A stretch of DNA of 64,000 nucleotides from Camelus dromedarius (Eukaryota), in NCBI RefSeq assembly GCF_036321535.1, contig NC_087436.1, positions 106,952,001-107,016,000 of the forward strand. The letters are read 5' to 3'. The number at the start of each line of letters is the position of its first letter. Position 1 is the stretch's first letter. The notes beneath the pieces are model-generated. The model was not told where the DNA came from and did no database searches. It saw nothing but the letters and a program-made list of their open reading frames with translations. The translations under genes and the position numbers were made by a program. This document shows positions 13,547-25,879 of the stretch, piece by piece.

Positions 13547-13745
13547 ATAGGGGAAGGAAAATAATTTTCCCTCTTCCCTTCTAGGTCCTTGGCTGACACC
13601 CTCTAATAAAATATAGTAACAAGAGAAAAACAAACAGAAGTTTAATAATGCATACACTTTCTTATAAATATGGGAGTTACCCAGGAAAACTGAGTAACTC
13701 CTCCAAATGGCTCAAACCACCAGCTGAAATTCTATCTTCAGCTAT
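13547..13745 (-). mobile_element. ERV1-type LTR fragment (MER41-like, laurasiatherian)
   Basis: taggggaaggaaaataattttccctct..aacaagagaaaaacaaacagaagtttaata..cccaggaaaactgagtaactc. Confidence 0.55.
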
Positions 13746-14114
13746 TATTTTCTTCCCCTGCATCTGTTCGTGCAGAGTTTTGCTTTGTTTTGGTTTGTTT
13801 TCTTTTATCCATGACCTGATCCTCTGCTTTGGAAGTCATGCAGCTCTCACCCAGGTTGGTGTAAATGCTAGCTAGCTGCTTTACCCTGGGAACGGTCTCT
13901 GTCACAATAATCCCAAGTCCTTACTTCCTTTCCTTACCCAGCTGCTTCTGTGTGTGTCCACCCTTCTTCCGCGGGATTTTGTATCTCATTTCCTGGTGTA
14001 GAGAGTTACTGCAGCTTGAGTCTAACAAATTGGGTCCCCCATTGGGCTAAAGCTTTGGACACCACATTAAGCAGTCTAATAGCATGGTTGGAAATACAGG
14101 CTCCTGCGAAACAG

Positions 14115-14300
14115 AACGCATGTGAAAATCTATTCAATCAGTTACTAACTGGATGATCTTGGGCAAATTATTTAACCTTCTCAAGTCTTAGTCTTCTCAT
14201 TTATAAAGCAAGTTTTAAAAAGTGCTTTCCTCCATGAGTCATTGGAGGGCTGGGACTGAAAGCACAAAGCACAGTTTATACCATAAAGTAAGCATTAATT
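14115..14300 (+). mobile_element. MIR SINE
   Basis: ttactaactggatgatcttgggcaaattatttaacctt..agtcttctcatttataaa. Confidence 0.7.
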
Positions 14301-15605
14301 CAGACCAACTGAATTGTTTGAGCCCCTACTAGGTGTGCTAAGGGCTGAGAGATGTGGCATGGAGCTGACAGTTTAGTGGGGAAACCTACAAATGTCCCAA
14401 CCCCTGATTCTATGTTGTTATGTGCTACGATTGGGTAAATATTGGATTCTATAAAAAGACACTAAGGAGGTCAGAGGTTTCCTGGGACAAGGATTACATA
14501 CTCTTCATATTCTGCTGGTGCAACCTTGGAAAATCTTTGCCAAGTCCTAGAAAGTTAGGACTCACGGTCACAATTGAATGTAAAAATTTTGTTTCTTTCT
14601 TTTTGGCTTTTGTTTTGCTTGGTTTGTGTGTGTGTTTGCTGATCTTTAGCTATTTTCAGAAGTGTGTCCTAGTCCAAGGAGTCAAAGTTGTGTACTCATA
14701 AATGATACTGCCATATATTTATGCATGTACTCAATAAAGACTTTTGAGTATTTAACACAACAAACACTATGCAAACTGCAAGAGGTGATGGTGTTAAATC
14801 AGATGAGACTCCTGCCCTTGTGGTGCTTAGAATCCTATCTGTGCCTTATTGTCTGTGTTCACCATATTATATTTTATTGAAGTGCAGTTGATTTCCAATA
14901 TTATTAGTTTCGGATGTATAATGTAGCAATTCAATATTTGGATAGATTTTACTCCATTTAAACTCATTATAAAATATTAGCTATATTCCCTGTGTTGTAC
15001 AATACCCTTATGTCATAATTATTTTTTACATAGCACTTTGCACCTCTTAATTCTCTACCCCTATTTTACCTCTTCTCCCTTCCTTCTCTCTACTGGTAAC
15101 CACGAGTTTGTTTTCTACATAAGTGAGTCTGTTTCTGTTTTGTTATATTCATTCATTGTACTTTTTAGAGTCCACATATAAGTGATAACACACAGTGTTT
15201 GTCTTTCTCTGTCTGACTTATCTCATGAAATGTAATACCTTTTATGCTCATTGATGCTGTTGCAAATGGCAAAATTTTATTCTTTCTCATGACTGAGTAA
15301 TATTCATTATATATATACTATGTCTTCTTCATCCATTCATGTGTTAATGAACACTTAGGATTCTTCCATATATTGGATCTTGTAAATAATGCTTCTATGG
15401 ACATTGGGGTGCATATATCTTTTCAAATTAGTGTTTTCATTTTGTGAAAAATATTCAGGATCATGTAGCAGTTCTTTTTTTAGTTTATTGAGGAATCTCC
15501 ATACTGTTTTTCAAAGTGGCTGCACAAATTTACATGCCCACCAGTGCTGTACTGGGGTTCCCTTTCCTCCACACTCTCACCAGTATTTATTTGTGGTCTT
15601 TTTCT

Positions 15606-16398
15606 TATTAAAACATAGACTTAAAAAAATTAATATCTTTATTTTATATATACATATATATTTTTTTTTATTGAAGTATAGTCAGTTTATACTGTTGTGT
15701 CAATTTCTGGTGTATAGCATAATGCTTCAGTCATACACGAAAATACATATATTCATTTTCATATGATTTTTCACTCTAAGTTACTACAAGATATTGAATG
15801 TAATTCCCTGTGCTATACAGTACGAACTTGTTTATCTATTTTATATATATTAGTTAGTATCTGCAAATCTTGAACTCCCAGCTTATCTGTTCCCAGCCCT
15901 TTTCCCCTCTGATAACCATAAGTCTGTATTCTATGTCTGTGAATCAGTTTCTGTTTTAAATATAGGTTCATTTGTCTTTTTTTTTTTTCCTAGATTCCAC
16001 ATATAAGTGATATCATGTGGTATTTTTTTTTCTCTTTCTGGCTTACTTCACTTGGAAGGACATTCTCCAAATTCATCCATTTTGCTAAAAATGGCGTTAT
16101 TTTATTATTTTTTATGGCTGAGTAGTATTCCATGGTATAAATATAACACAACTTCTTTATCTAGTCATCTGTTGAAGGACATTTAGGTTGTTTCCATGTC
16201 TTGGCTATCGTAAATAGTGCTGCTATGAATATTCGAGTGCATGTATCTTTTGGAATTAAGGTTCCCTCTTGATATATGCCCAGAAGTGGGATTGCTGGAT
16301 CTTATGGTAAGTCTATTTTTGGTCTTTGGAGGAATCTCCATGCTATTTATCATAACTGTTGTACCAAACTACATTCCCATCAACAGTGTAGGAGAGTA
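15606..16398 (-). mobile_element. Younger L1 3' segment (3'UTR plus ORF2 end) nested in the older L1
   Basis: Second L1 3' end ttttttattgaagtatagtcagtttatactgttgtgtcaatttctgg; 3'UTR similar to the 11.7 kb element; repeats the ORF2-end region already present at 15200-15600. Confidence 0.9.
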
Positions 16399-17475
16399 CC
16401 CTTTCCTCCACACTCTCACCAATATTTCTTATTTGTGTTCTTTTTGATGATAGCCATTCAGATAGGTGTGAGGTGATACCTCATTGTGGTTTTGATTTCT
16501 ATTTCCCTGATGATTGACAATGTTGAGTATATTTCCATGCACCTATTGGTCATCTGTCTATTTGGGTCTTCTGTCCATTTTTTAATTAGGTTTTTTTTTT
16601 TATATTGAGTTGTATGAGTTATTTATGTATTTCAGACATTAACCTCTTATCAGTCATATCATTTGTAAATAATTTCTCCCTCTATTTTATTTATTTCCTC
16701 TCAGATCTTTATTATTATTTTTTCCTTCTGCTGACACTGGGCTTTGCTTATTCTTCTAATTTCTAGGTTAAGTTATTTGTTTGAAATTTTTCTTATTTAT
16801 TGTCATTTACTTTCTTGTCATTTCCATATGCTTGAAATATCTTTTTCTACCTCCTCATTTTGAATCTGTGTATCTTTTGTTCAGAAGTGAATTTCTTGTA
16901 AGCAGCATACAGATGGGTCTTATTTTTAATCTAATCAGTCGCCCTATGTACTTTGATTGGAGCATTAGTCCATTGATATTTAAAATTATTATTGACAAAT
17001 ATGTGCTTACTGTTATTTTGTTACTTATTTTCTGATTGTTTTTGTAGTTCTTCTCTATTCTTTTCTTCTTCTTTTAGTTTCTTCCCTTGTGGTTTGATGA
17101 TTTTCTTTAGTAGTATGCTTGTGTTTCCTTCTTTCTAGTTTTTGTGTATCTATGGTAGGTTTTTATTTGTATTTATCATGGGGTTTATATATGTTTACCT
17201 ATAATTATATCTACTTGTTTCAAACGTAGTCATAAGTTCAAATATATTCTAAAGTACCTACATTTTCTTTACACCTTTCTCACTCATTTTATATTTTTGA
17301 TGTCATGTTTTAAATCTTTATGTTTATCCCTTAACAGTTTATTGTAGTTATAGTTGATTTTATAATTTTTTATCTTTAAATATTTATGCTAGCTTATTTA
17401 AATGGTTGCTCTACAGCCTTTACTATATATTTGCCTTTAGTAGTGAGATTTTTCCTTTCCTATAAATTCTCCTTG

Positions 17476-18349
17476 TCATAGCCTTTTATTTTCCACATAG
17501 TGAAGACCCTTTAACATTTCTTTTAACATAGGTTTAGTATTGATGAAGCCTTTTAGTCTTCGCTTGTCTGAGAAGTTCTTTCTCTCTCCCTCAATTTTGA
17601 ATGATAACCTTGCTGTGTAGAAGATACTAGGTTCTTGTTTCTTCCCTTTCAGCACTTTAAATATATCATGCCACTCCCATCTGGTCTGCAAAGTTTCTGC
17701 AGAAAAATCCTCTGATAGCCTTGTGGGAGTTCTCTTGTATGTGACTCTTTGTTTTTCTCTTGCTGCCTTTAAAATTCTCTAACTTTTTCCATTTAATTAT
17801 GATATGCCTTGGTGTGGGTCTCATTAAGTTCATCTTTTGGGGACTCTCTGTTTCCTTCTTCAGAGTTAGGAAGTTTTCAGCCATAATTTTACCAAATACC
17901 TTTTCAAACATTTTCTCTCTTCTCTTCTTCTGGGACCCCCTATAATGTGAATGTTAGAACACCAGGTATTGTCTCAGAGATCCCTTAAACTGGTCTTTTT
18001 TTTTTCTTTTTGCTGTTCTGATTGGTAATCTCCATTATCCTATTTTCCAGATCACTTATGTGTTATTCTGTATCACATAGTCTGCTCTTCATACTTCCTA
18101 GTGTGTTTTTCATTTCAGTTATTGCATTCTTCAATTTTGACTGTTCTTTTTTTTTTTTTAATTTTCTAGTCCCTCATTTAAATTCTCAATGTGTTCATCT
18201 ATTCTTTCCCCTATTCAGTTAGCATTGTAATTAGTAATGCTTTGAACTCTTTAGCTAGTAAATTATTTATCTCTGTTTCATTAGTTGTTTTTTTCAGGGT
18301 TTTTTTTTTCTCGTTCTTTCATATGAAACAAATTCCTCTGTCTTCCCAT
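17476..18349 (-). pseudogene. Frameshifted L1 ORF1p remnant
   Basis: Starts MGRQRNLFHMKE; ORF-track peptides IMAENF..RPTPRHIIIK and WHDIFKVLK..ARLSFKIEGERKNFSDK..LKEMLKGL are ORF1p RRM/CTD motifs. Confidence 0.9.
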
Positions 18350-19594
18350 TTTGCTCAACTTTCTTTGTCTCTAATAAATTAAGTAAAACAGTTATCTATT
18401 CTTAAATGGGTGGTTTTGTGTGGAAACATACATATACATACCTATACAGTCTATGTGCCTTTGGTAGGAGAGCTGGATCTGAAGTCCTAATGAGTCATGT
18501 TTTCCCCCAGGGTGTGCTGGCAGCTATCCCTTGGTGGGAGGTAAGGACAGAGATAGAGGGGCTAGAGCCAAAGCCAAGGGTGAGCTTGTGCTTCTGCTAT
18601 GCTCAGTGGCCATCACCACCCCTGTCAGGAGTGGGGTCAGGTTGCAGGGTACTGGAGCAGAAACCCTGAGGGTTGGGTTCTAGCTTGTTCCATTCTAAGT
18701 GTGTGCTCTCTCCACTCTCAGCACTGGCACCATCAGCCCAGAGGGGAGTAGTTCTGAAGGAAGAGGGGCCAGAGACGGCATACTGTGTGGGATGGAGTGC
18801 ACACTGGGGCAGTCCCAGCACACCAGATTTCCAGAAGCTCCCAATCCTCCACCTCCAAGAGCACCAGTAATAGTTGCCCTTGTCTTGTTCAGCTGTAGTG
18901 CGGGGTCCAAGCCAGCTCCTTTCCCCAAAACTGGGCACTGTCCTTGACAATGACAGGCTTCACCCTAGTGGAGAGCTGCACAGCAGAGCAAGAGGGGTCA
19001 GGACTGGTGCTCAGCCTGGCCCAGGGTGCACACTGGTGTAGTCGTGCGAAATTGTTCAGAGTACCAGCCAGTCTCAATCTAATTCCCTCACCTTGTTTCA
19101 GGAGCAAGTGTGTCCATACTCTTTGTGAGTAGAATTCAAGTCTCTCATGGACCCCCTGCCAGACCCACTGGTTTTCAAACTAGTCAAGAGGAATTGTTTT
19201 CCCGGTGCTGGACCCCAGGGCTGAGGTGCCCAATATGTGGTTCGAACCACTCACTCCACAGGGAGAGGTTCCAAATAGTGTAATCCTCCTCTTCTGTGTC
19301 TCCTCCTGGGACACAGGTCCCGGCCTAATAATCGCTTTTCTTTCTTTCCTACTTGACTCCACGTGGATCTTTCTTTACAGCCTTGGTTGTATAAGAATTT
19401 TTCTGCCAGTGTCCAGTTTGTTTTCAGTGAGAATTGCTCTACATGTAGATGTGTTTTTGATGTGTTCATGGGGGATGGTGAGTTCAGTGTCCTCCTACTC
19501 CTCCATCTTGAACTCCTCCATGTTCACTATTACTAGAGGTGGCCTTTTAGGATACAACCTGAAGTTGTACTTTGTATGCATATATTTTTGGTGT

Positions 19595-19878
19595 GTGGAC
19601 CAACGTTTCACAAACTATCAGGGCTGAAGGACCAGTTTTTTTTTCCTAATCTGTTGCGTTGATATTAATAAGCAATTCACACTGCACAAAACCCATTACA
19701 CAAGATAGACAACACTGAAACTGATCAGTAACCAGGGCAAAGACACAAGTCCACAGACAATAAGCTTGAAAGTCACAGCAATGGCAATTGCTGTAAATGT
19801 TTCTAGACACTTTTCATTTGTGTACCAGCAACAAACAGTGCGTGCACCAACTCCTGTCCACAGATCGCATTGCTAGGA
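19595..19878. mobile_element. hAT-Charlie MITE (Charlie8/MER102-like)
   Basis: gtcacagcaatggcaattgctgtaaatgtttctagacac..gcaacaaacagt..gtccacagatcgca. Confidence 0.6.
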
Positions 19879-22244
19879 GCTCTGATACAGGTTATGCTAA
19901 CTTGGGAATAAACCTACCATGTTCATAGAAGCTATTGCAAAGGAAGGGAGGAGGAGGAGAAGAAATCTTCCCATTTTAATGGCCTGTGTATTAGATAAAC
20001 TGCATATCATTTACACCTGTTCATACTGAGATTATTAATGTACATCTATACACATAGTAAATAAAATGCTCTATCATTCAGCTCCATTGAACCCCACCCA
20101 GCAAGTGAAAGAGTTGTGCAACTGTTGTTTGGGAGAATTGAGGGAGGAAGTTTTCATCTTGCCCTTATGAGAGACTCAGAATGAAATATTAGCAGAAAAT
20201 ATTTATTTTCTAATTGGCAATGAATTAGTAGCAGGGATCAATGATAATCATAGTTATTGGGTAATCATTTAGTATCCTAAATATCCTAAAATATGTGAAA
20301 GAGAAAATTTTCTAATCACTTTGTTGAAAAAGGTGAATACTGTTTTTATAGTTATTTATTTTCCTCCCAAAGATTATCAACTTCGTCAAGTCGGAACATA
20401 CCCTATTGGTCATCTTTTATAAAGGCAAGACAAATCTACTAAACTAATGTATGGCATATTTATAAATACAACTGATAAAGAAATGTATTTAATCACTTAA
20501 AATTTTTTTTCATTATAAGCTAAGATGAAATGGACATACTTTTTGAACTTAGGCAGGAGGGGCTCACAACACTAACTAGTCGTATTTGTAGATATGTACT
20601 GTTTTCCAACCCCTAAAAATGCTTTTAAGTAATTGTACACATTATAAAATGATACCTAGTATATTTTTAATTGGAAATAAAAGAAATGTAGAATCTATAA
20701 TCCCAGAATCTAAACTCAAACACTAAATTACCTTGTGGTGTGTTCTCAGCACTGTCCTTTTGATAACACCGGTCTTTGTACTTGACGTAACTGGACCTGC
20801 CTAACATTTCTACTTCCCATAGTAACACGTTTCAGTGGGAAATGAGGATTCCAAAACTGCAGCAAAACTTTGAATAGGAAGCTCTTTGTTGATGCAACCA
20901 CTACTTTTGACTGTCTTGGTCTTGTGAATAAGACCCTGATATTCACAAAAGAAGAAATTATCTGGAGCTTTTTGGCTCAGCAAGAATCAATTCTCAAGTC
21001 ATATCTGAATCTTTGTAAATTCAGAATTAGTAGAGTCCGAGTTAATGAGGTTTGATTGTATCCTGGGCTATTGATAAAACTGCAATGCCACAGATTCAAC
21101 GCAGTGACTCCCCCCTGAAGCTGCGCTCTCCGCAGCTCCAACGAGGGTTGGAGAGGGCAGATTCTTCCTGGTACCCAACATCAGCGCTTTTTAATTACGC
21201 TCTTATGTGGTATAAGGTGGACCTATAAGATGACCTACCAGAGGAAGTCAGCACTTTTTGAGTAAGCACCAGCACATTTTTTACTTCGCTCTGCAACCCC
21301 ATATTCACTTTCAAATGGATCAGGTTTCCTTTCTTTGGATCCTTAGCTTTTGTCCATTAGAGTTTTCCCTAAAGACTATTTTATCAAACAAAGCAAAACA
21401 CTTTAGAAAAGATTGTAAGTTCTTTGCAGAGTGATAGCCTATGCTTTGTTTATGTATAGTGAACACTTACTGAGTTAGCACTCCCCATAGGAAAATCTGG
21501 GGAGATATTAGGAAAATGTTTTTAGTAATTGCTGCTTGGTTTGATCTCCTGGTATTTTGCGGTGTTTTATGCAGCATTAATGGTATAGCCTGAGATTCTC
21601 ATGGTACAAAAGAACTTCGAAGTACAGGTCCATTATCAAATGTAAGGGAGTCATTTTTAAACCTCTCATGGAATCAAGCATGTTGGTATTTAAATGTTGT
21701 TCTTGGAAGAGTGTGACAACAGGCATCTGGAAGATTTAATCCATTTTAATGTTTTGTGTGTATGTTTGTGTGTGTGTACAAACACACCTAGTCTCAGATA
21801 CTAGCCAGTACTTCTCTTTCAAAAACACAGAAATATCTAATCAAGTTATGTATATATTTTTGACAAACCAGCCAATTAACTTTCAGTATCCCTCTAATAT
21901 ATGTGTGTAATTTATGTAAATTTTGGAGCTCCTGAAAAACCTTCCAACTTTATTTAATTTGTCCTGAAAATGGTTATTTCTGGTATTTAAAGCTTGAATA
22001 TTTTCATTCATAATCCTTGGGACTTGGAGAGCCAGCACCCTTAGTCACCACCAAGCACTAGACTCTTGTGATCATTTTTAATGTCCACTTAAACCAGACT
22101 TCCACTTTTGACAAGTAAACCACAACTACTTCCTTTCACACTTTCACCCTAGTTGACATAGATAAGTTTTTTTGAATAGACGCATCACTATTTAGATAAA
22201 AGGCAGGGTATGGGGTGAAGACTGAATGCTCTTTGGTGAATTTA

Positions 22245-22530
22245 GGCATTAGGCGTCTGCACTTGAATCAGGCCGTCCAAATTCCTCATCTGGTTTTGCT
22301 GTTTACTAGCAGAAAAGCACTGGACAAATGATTTAGCCTGTCTGTGCCTCATTTTTAAGGTGAATATGATAACATGTCTACCTCATAGAATTTTTTTTTT
22401 AACCTAAACATTTGGAATGTTGCCCGGCACACTGTCAGCACTCAATAAATATTAATGAATGCTTTTAATACTGACATGATTAAATAAGGTAATACTGGTT
22501 AAGTATCCTATGACAGTGCCTGCTGCTTGA
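22245..22530 (+). mobile_element. MIR SINE (plus adjacent MIR tail fragment)
   Basis: ggacaaatgatttagcctgtctgtgcctcatt..tctacctcatag..cggcacactgtcagcactcaataaat. Confidence 0.7.
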
Positions 22531-22734
22531 GAATCAATCTTTATTAACCTTTATCATCCCATTTACAATTCTTATTTGATGTTTTCACACATGTTCTTTA
22601 ATAACCAAGGGCATGAGAAATGTGAATTTGGAATCTCAGAAAGCACACTCAGTGGGGAAACAGCTTCAGGTATGCTGGACAGACTATATGTTATCTTCCC
22701 AGTGAACCCCAATACTTCCACATATCACAAGAGA

Positions 22735-22965
22735 GGAGTGATGGGTGCTGACTAAGGGTGTTGGCTCTGGTGTCAAATATTTGGGTTTACATCCAGCTGG
22801 GCCACTTCTTAGCAATTCTCCTTTCTAACTCAGCTTCCTTATCTTAAAATAAGCTTATTGGGACCTTCTCAGAGAGTTCTCAGAGTTAATATAAATTAAT
22901 GTGTTTAAGTATTTAGAACCAGTCCTGAGATAGTAAGCAATGTGTAGGTTAGTTAACATCATCAT
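22735..22965 (+). mobile_element. MIR SINE
   Basis: ggctctggtgtcaaatatttgggtttacatccagctgggccactt..ctcagcttcctt..tagtaagcaa. Confidence 0.7.
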
Positions 22966-25184
22966 TTGGCTCCATAGGCAGAGGTAGAATCATAAGGGAG
23001 AAGTTTCTGGGGACAGATTTCAACTCACTAAGAAGAAATGATTTAGAAGACTGTCCAAAGATGGAACTAGAAGACATAAACTCCTTATCATGGGAAGCAT
23101 CCAAGGAACATGGATTTGGTATAAACACTGAAAGGTCTATTTACTCTCTGCATCACTGTCAGGTCAGCTCACTAGAAACTGACTTTTAAGTAGGAAGTTC
23201 TGTGCTTCTGTGACGCTTTACTCTTTATCAATTATGACCATGTTAGTGCTGGTTAGTGCATGAGAATGAGGAAGTAAAGGAGCTGGAATAGTGAGGTTGT
23301 AAGAGAAAGAGACCAAGGCTGAAGTCAGCAGAGGATCTGACCTTGCAATCTGAGGAAGTTCTTTAACTCCTTTGGATTTTACTGAGAGAGATAGAGATAT
23401 ACAGAGAGGGAGAGATGCTCTGGGATATGGTATATAAAAAATACTTAGAACTTAAGAAGAACTGTAGGTGAGGATTTCATTTAGTATGAGAGAGAAGAAA
23501 CTGACAAAGACCTAGGGTATGGAATACCGTCCAGGATGATCTAGAGTTAAACCAGCAGGAAATCGAGAAGATACTGGTTTGCTGGAGGGGCTGGGTTAAA
23601 CAGGATGGGAAAGCACAGAAATGGAGGAGGATCCAGCTCTTGAAAACAAAACTAGTTGCTGCATAAATCCCCTGAGACCTCTAGCACTATCTCTCCCATC
23701 TCTGCCTTGTTTGAGAAACTGCTCTATCTGGGTTTCCCAGTCATAGATCAGTCAAGAAAATTCTGGAGAAAGAAATAACACCCCCAGCCCACATTTCAGC
23801 TTTCTCTGGCTACAATGCTGTAGAGGCCACCATCCTCAAAGAATGTCATCTTTTATTTATTAGCATCATGAAACATCCTGGAAGTAACTGAATTATGCGA
23901 TCAATGTTAATGCTAATCAAAGTTATCAACGTCGAGTGTTCTCTTCTCCACATGGCGTGGTCCTTGCTGCTCCCATGATGCCAATTGCATGATTTGTATA
24001 TAGCCCTAATTTGCTGATTACACTGATCTTCTCAGTTCCTGCTAGTCTGAGTTTTCACCCCCTTGCTATTTTTGGTTTCAGTTCAGCATTAATATTAGGG
24101 AAATGCCATTAGAAAGAACAAGGTATTCAAAATAAAATCCAGCCTGATATATTTTAGAACCTAAAATAGGTGAATCTTTTGAGTATCAAAGTTATTAGCC
24201 ATTAGATTTTTAATAAGAAATTCAATCAGATTAGGAAAGAAACCAGTTAAAAAGTATATACATTTATTTCACATATAAGCTTCAGTCAAAATTTAACAGA
24301 AATCAGTAAGTCACGTGCCAAGTACAAGAAATCACTTTGTATAATAAATGCATCTTGTCTCATTTCATTCATTTTTCGATGGTAAGTACAAATTCACACA
24401 TAGGTGCATCAGAACATCTCCTCTTAGACAGAAGGGAGTTTCTGGAAGGAGAAGAGATTATTCAAGAAGTGTTAAAAAGGAATGAAAGCTAATGCACACA
24501 GTTGGTGCAGACTCCCTTCCAGTGCAGCAAAGCATGAGGCCTACCTACTTCTCTCCTCTTCCTGTTGTTCCAAGTGAAATAGAACAACCAAAGAAAAACA
24601 CCTCTGCCACTTTCTGTGCTGTGCGGCTCTGGGGCGCGGTACTTTATTTCACGTCGTAGGAGAGACGTCTGCTTCCCAGGGCGCTGTGAGCATGAAACAA
24701 ATTGGCAGATGGGAGGTCGCCTGCCGCAGTGCTGGATGGAGTACACAGTCAGCGCTCAAAAATTGTTCCAACTTCCTTTCTGTCTGTTTATGAAATGTCA
24801 CCCTTCTGTCTTCACCCTCTGACACTCACGATGACTTGGCTTTAGCAAAACAAAGAGTTGAGGGACAAAGCAGGTGGCTATTCAGGGCCCTGCTCCTTGC
24901 CACGGATGATTCTGCCTCTGGCTTTGACACTGGGTTCTTCAGCACATTCATTTTCACATTTCTACTCTTGGTGAAGCTGTGGGCTGAAGAAGCCCCTGTT
25001 GCAGTATCCTGAGTTCGTTTTTAAAAGACCTTTGTTGTTGCCTTTTTTCTGATTACAAAATTATTGCTTGCTAAATATTGTGAATTTAGATGAAAAAAAA
25101 AGACAAGTATAAAGAAAACAAAAACTGTTCATCAAGCACAGTTCATTGTTAAAATTCTGATATATTTCTTTCTGGTCTCTGTTT

Positions 25185-25442
25185 ATCTATTTATCTATCT
25201 GTCTATCTATTTATATGTCTATACAGACCTACATATAAACAGATAGATATTAATACATAAAAATACAACCATATACACATATATAAGATATACCTATATG
25301 TAAATGTATATATATTTACAAATTTGTAGAAATGTGCAAATATATATACGTGCACATATGACATATATATGTACACATATATAAATGTATATATATGTAA
25401 AATGTGTGCAAAAAGTTGATAACATATGTTGTGTATGTATAT
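25185..25442. repeat. AT-rich low-complexity region, (TCTA)n and (TA/CA)-like
   Basis: Read directly: tatctatttatctatctgtctatctat, tatatatgtacacatat. Confidence 0.75.
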
Positions 25443-25879
25443 AAATGATCTAAATTGTTTCCAGCTTTTTTAATTAGTATTAATACTAGAACCTATATAT
25501 TGCAAAATTTTATCGTAATTTATATTGTAACCTTGAAGTAGATCTCAAAAAGTAGACTCACTAGATCCAAGGCAAGTCTAATATTTAACTGCTATGCATT
25601 CAAATGACATATCCCTGGCATCATAATCATTTGGATTAGCAGGTGGTAATGCCATATCAATAGTTTAGTGTTTTCAATAAGAACTATGTTCTAAGATTAT
25701 GGTGATTTAAAAATGCATCACTTTATAAAAGAGATTTTTACAATTCAATTGATAAAGCCTCCACCCAGTTGAGCTGAGAAAATAAAATCTACCAGGCTAT
25801 CTTAAAGCTCTCTGCTTACAAACACACGAAACACAAATTTATCACCGAGGTTTAATCAATAGAATATAATGTAACAAAT

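Larger units (their letters stand above)
14870..19520 (-). mobile_element. 5'-complete LINE-1 with ORF1 but ORF2 largely deleted (half-L1-like), carrying a nested younger L1
   Basis: Minus-strand start ggaggagttcaagatggaggagtagg (L1 5' YY1-type motif); GC-richer 5'UTR 19520-18400; ORF1 remnant; ORF2 pieces; 3'UTR ending ~14870; degraded TSD tgttcaccatatta (14856) / tgttcactatta (19521). Confidence 0.9.

Noticed and set aside
18400..19627. Cluster of overlapping 60-140 aa ORFs
   Set aside because: Lies in the GC-richer L1 5'UTR; no recognisable protein.
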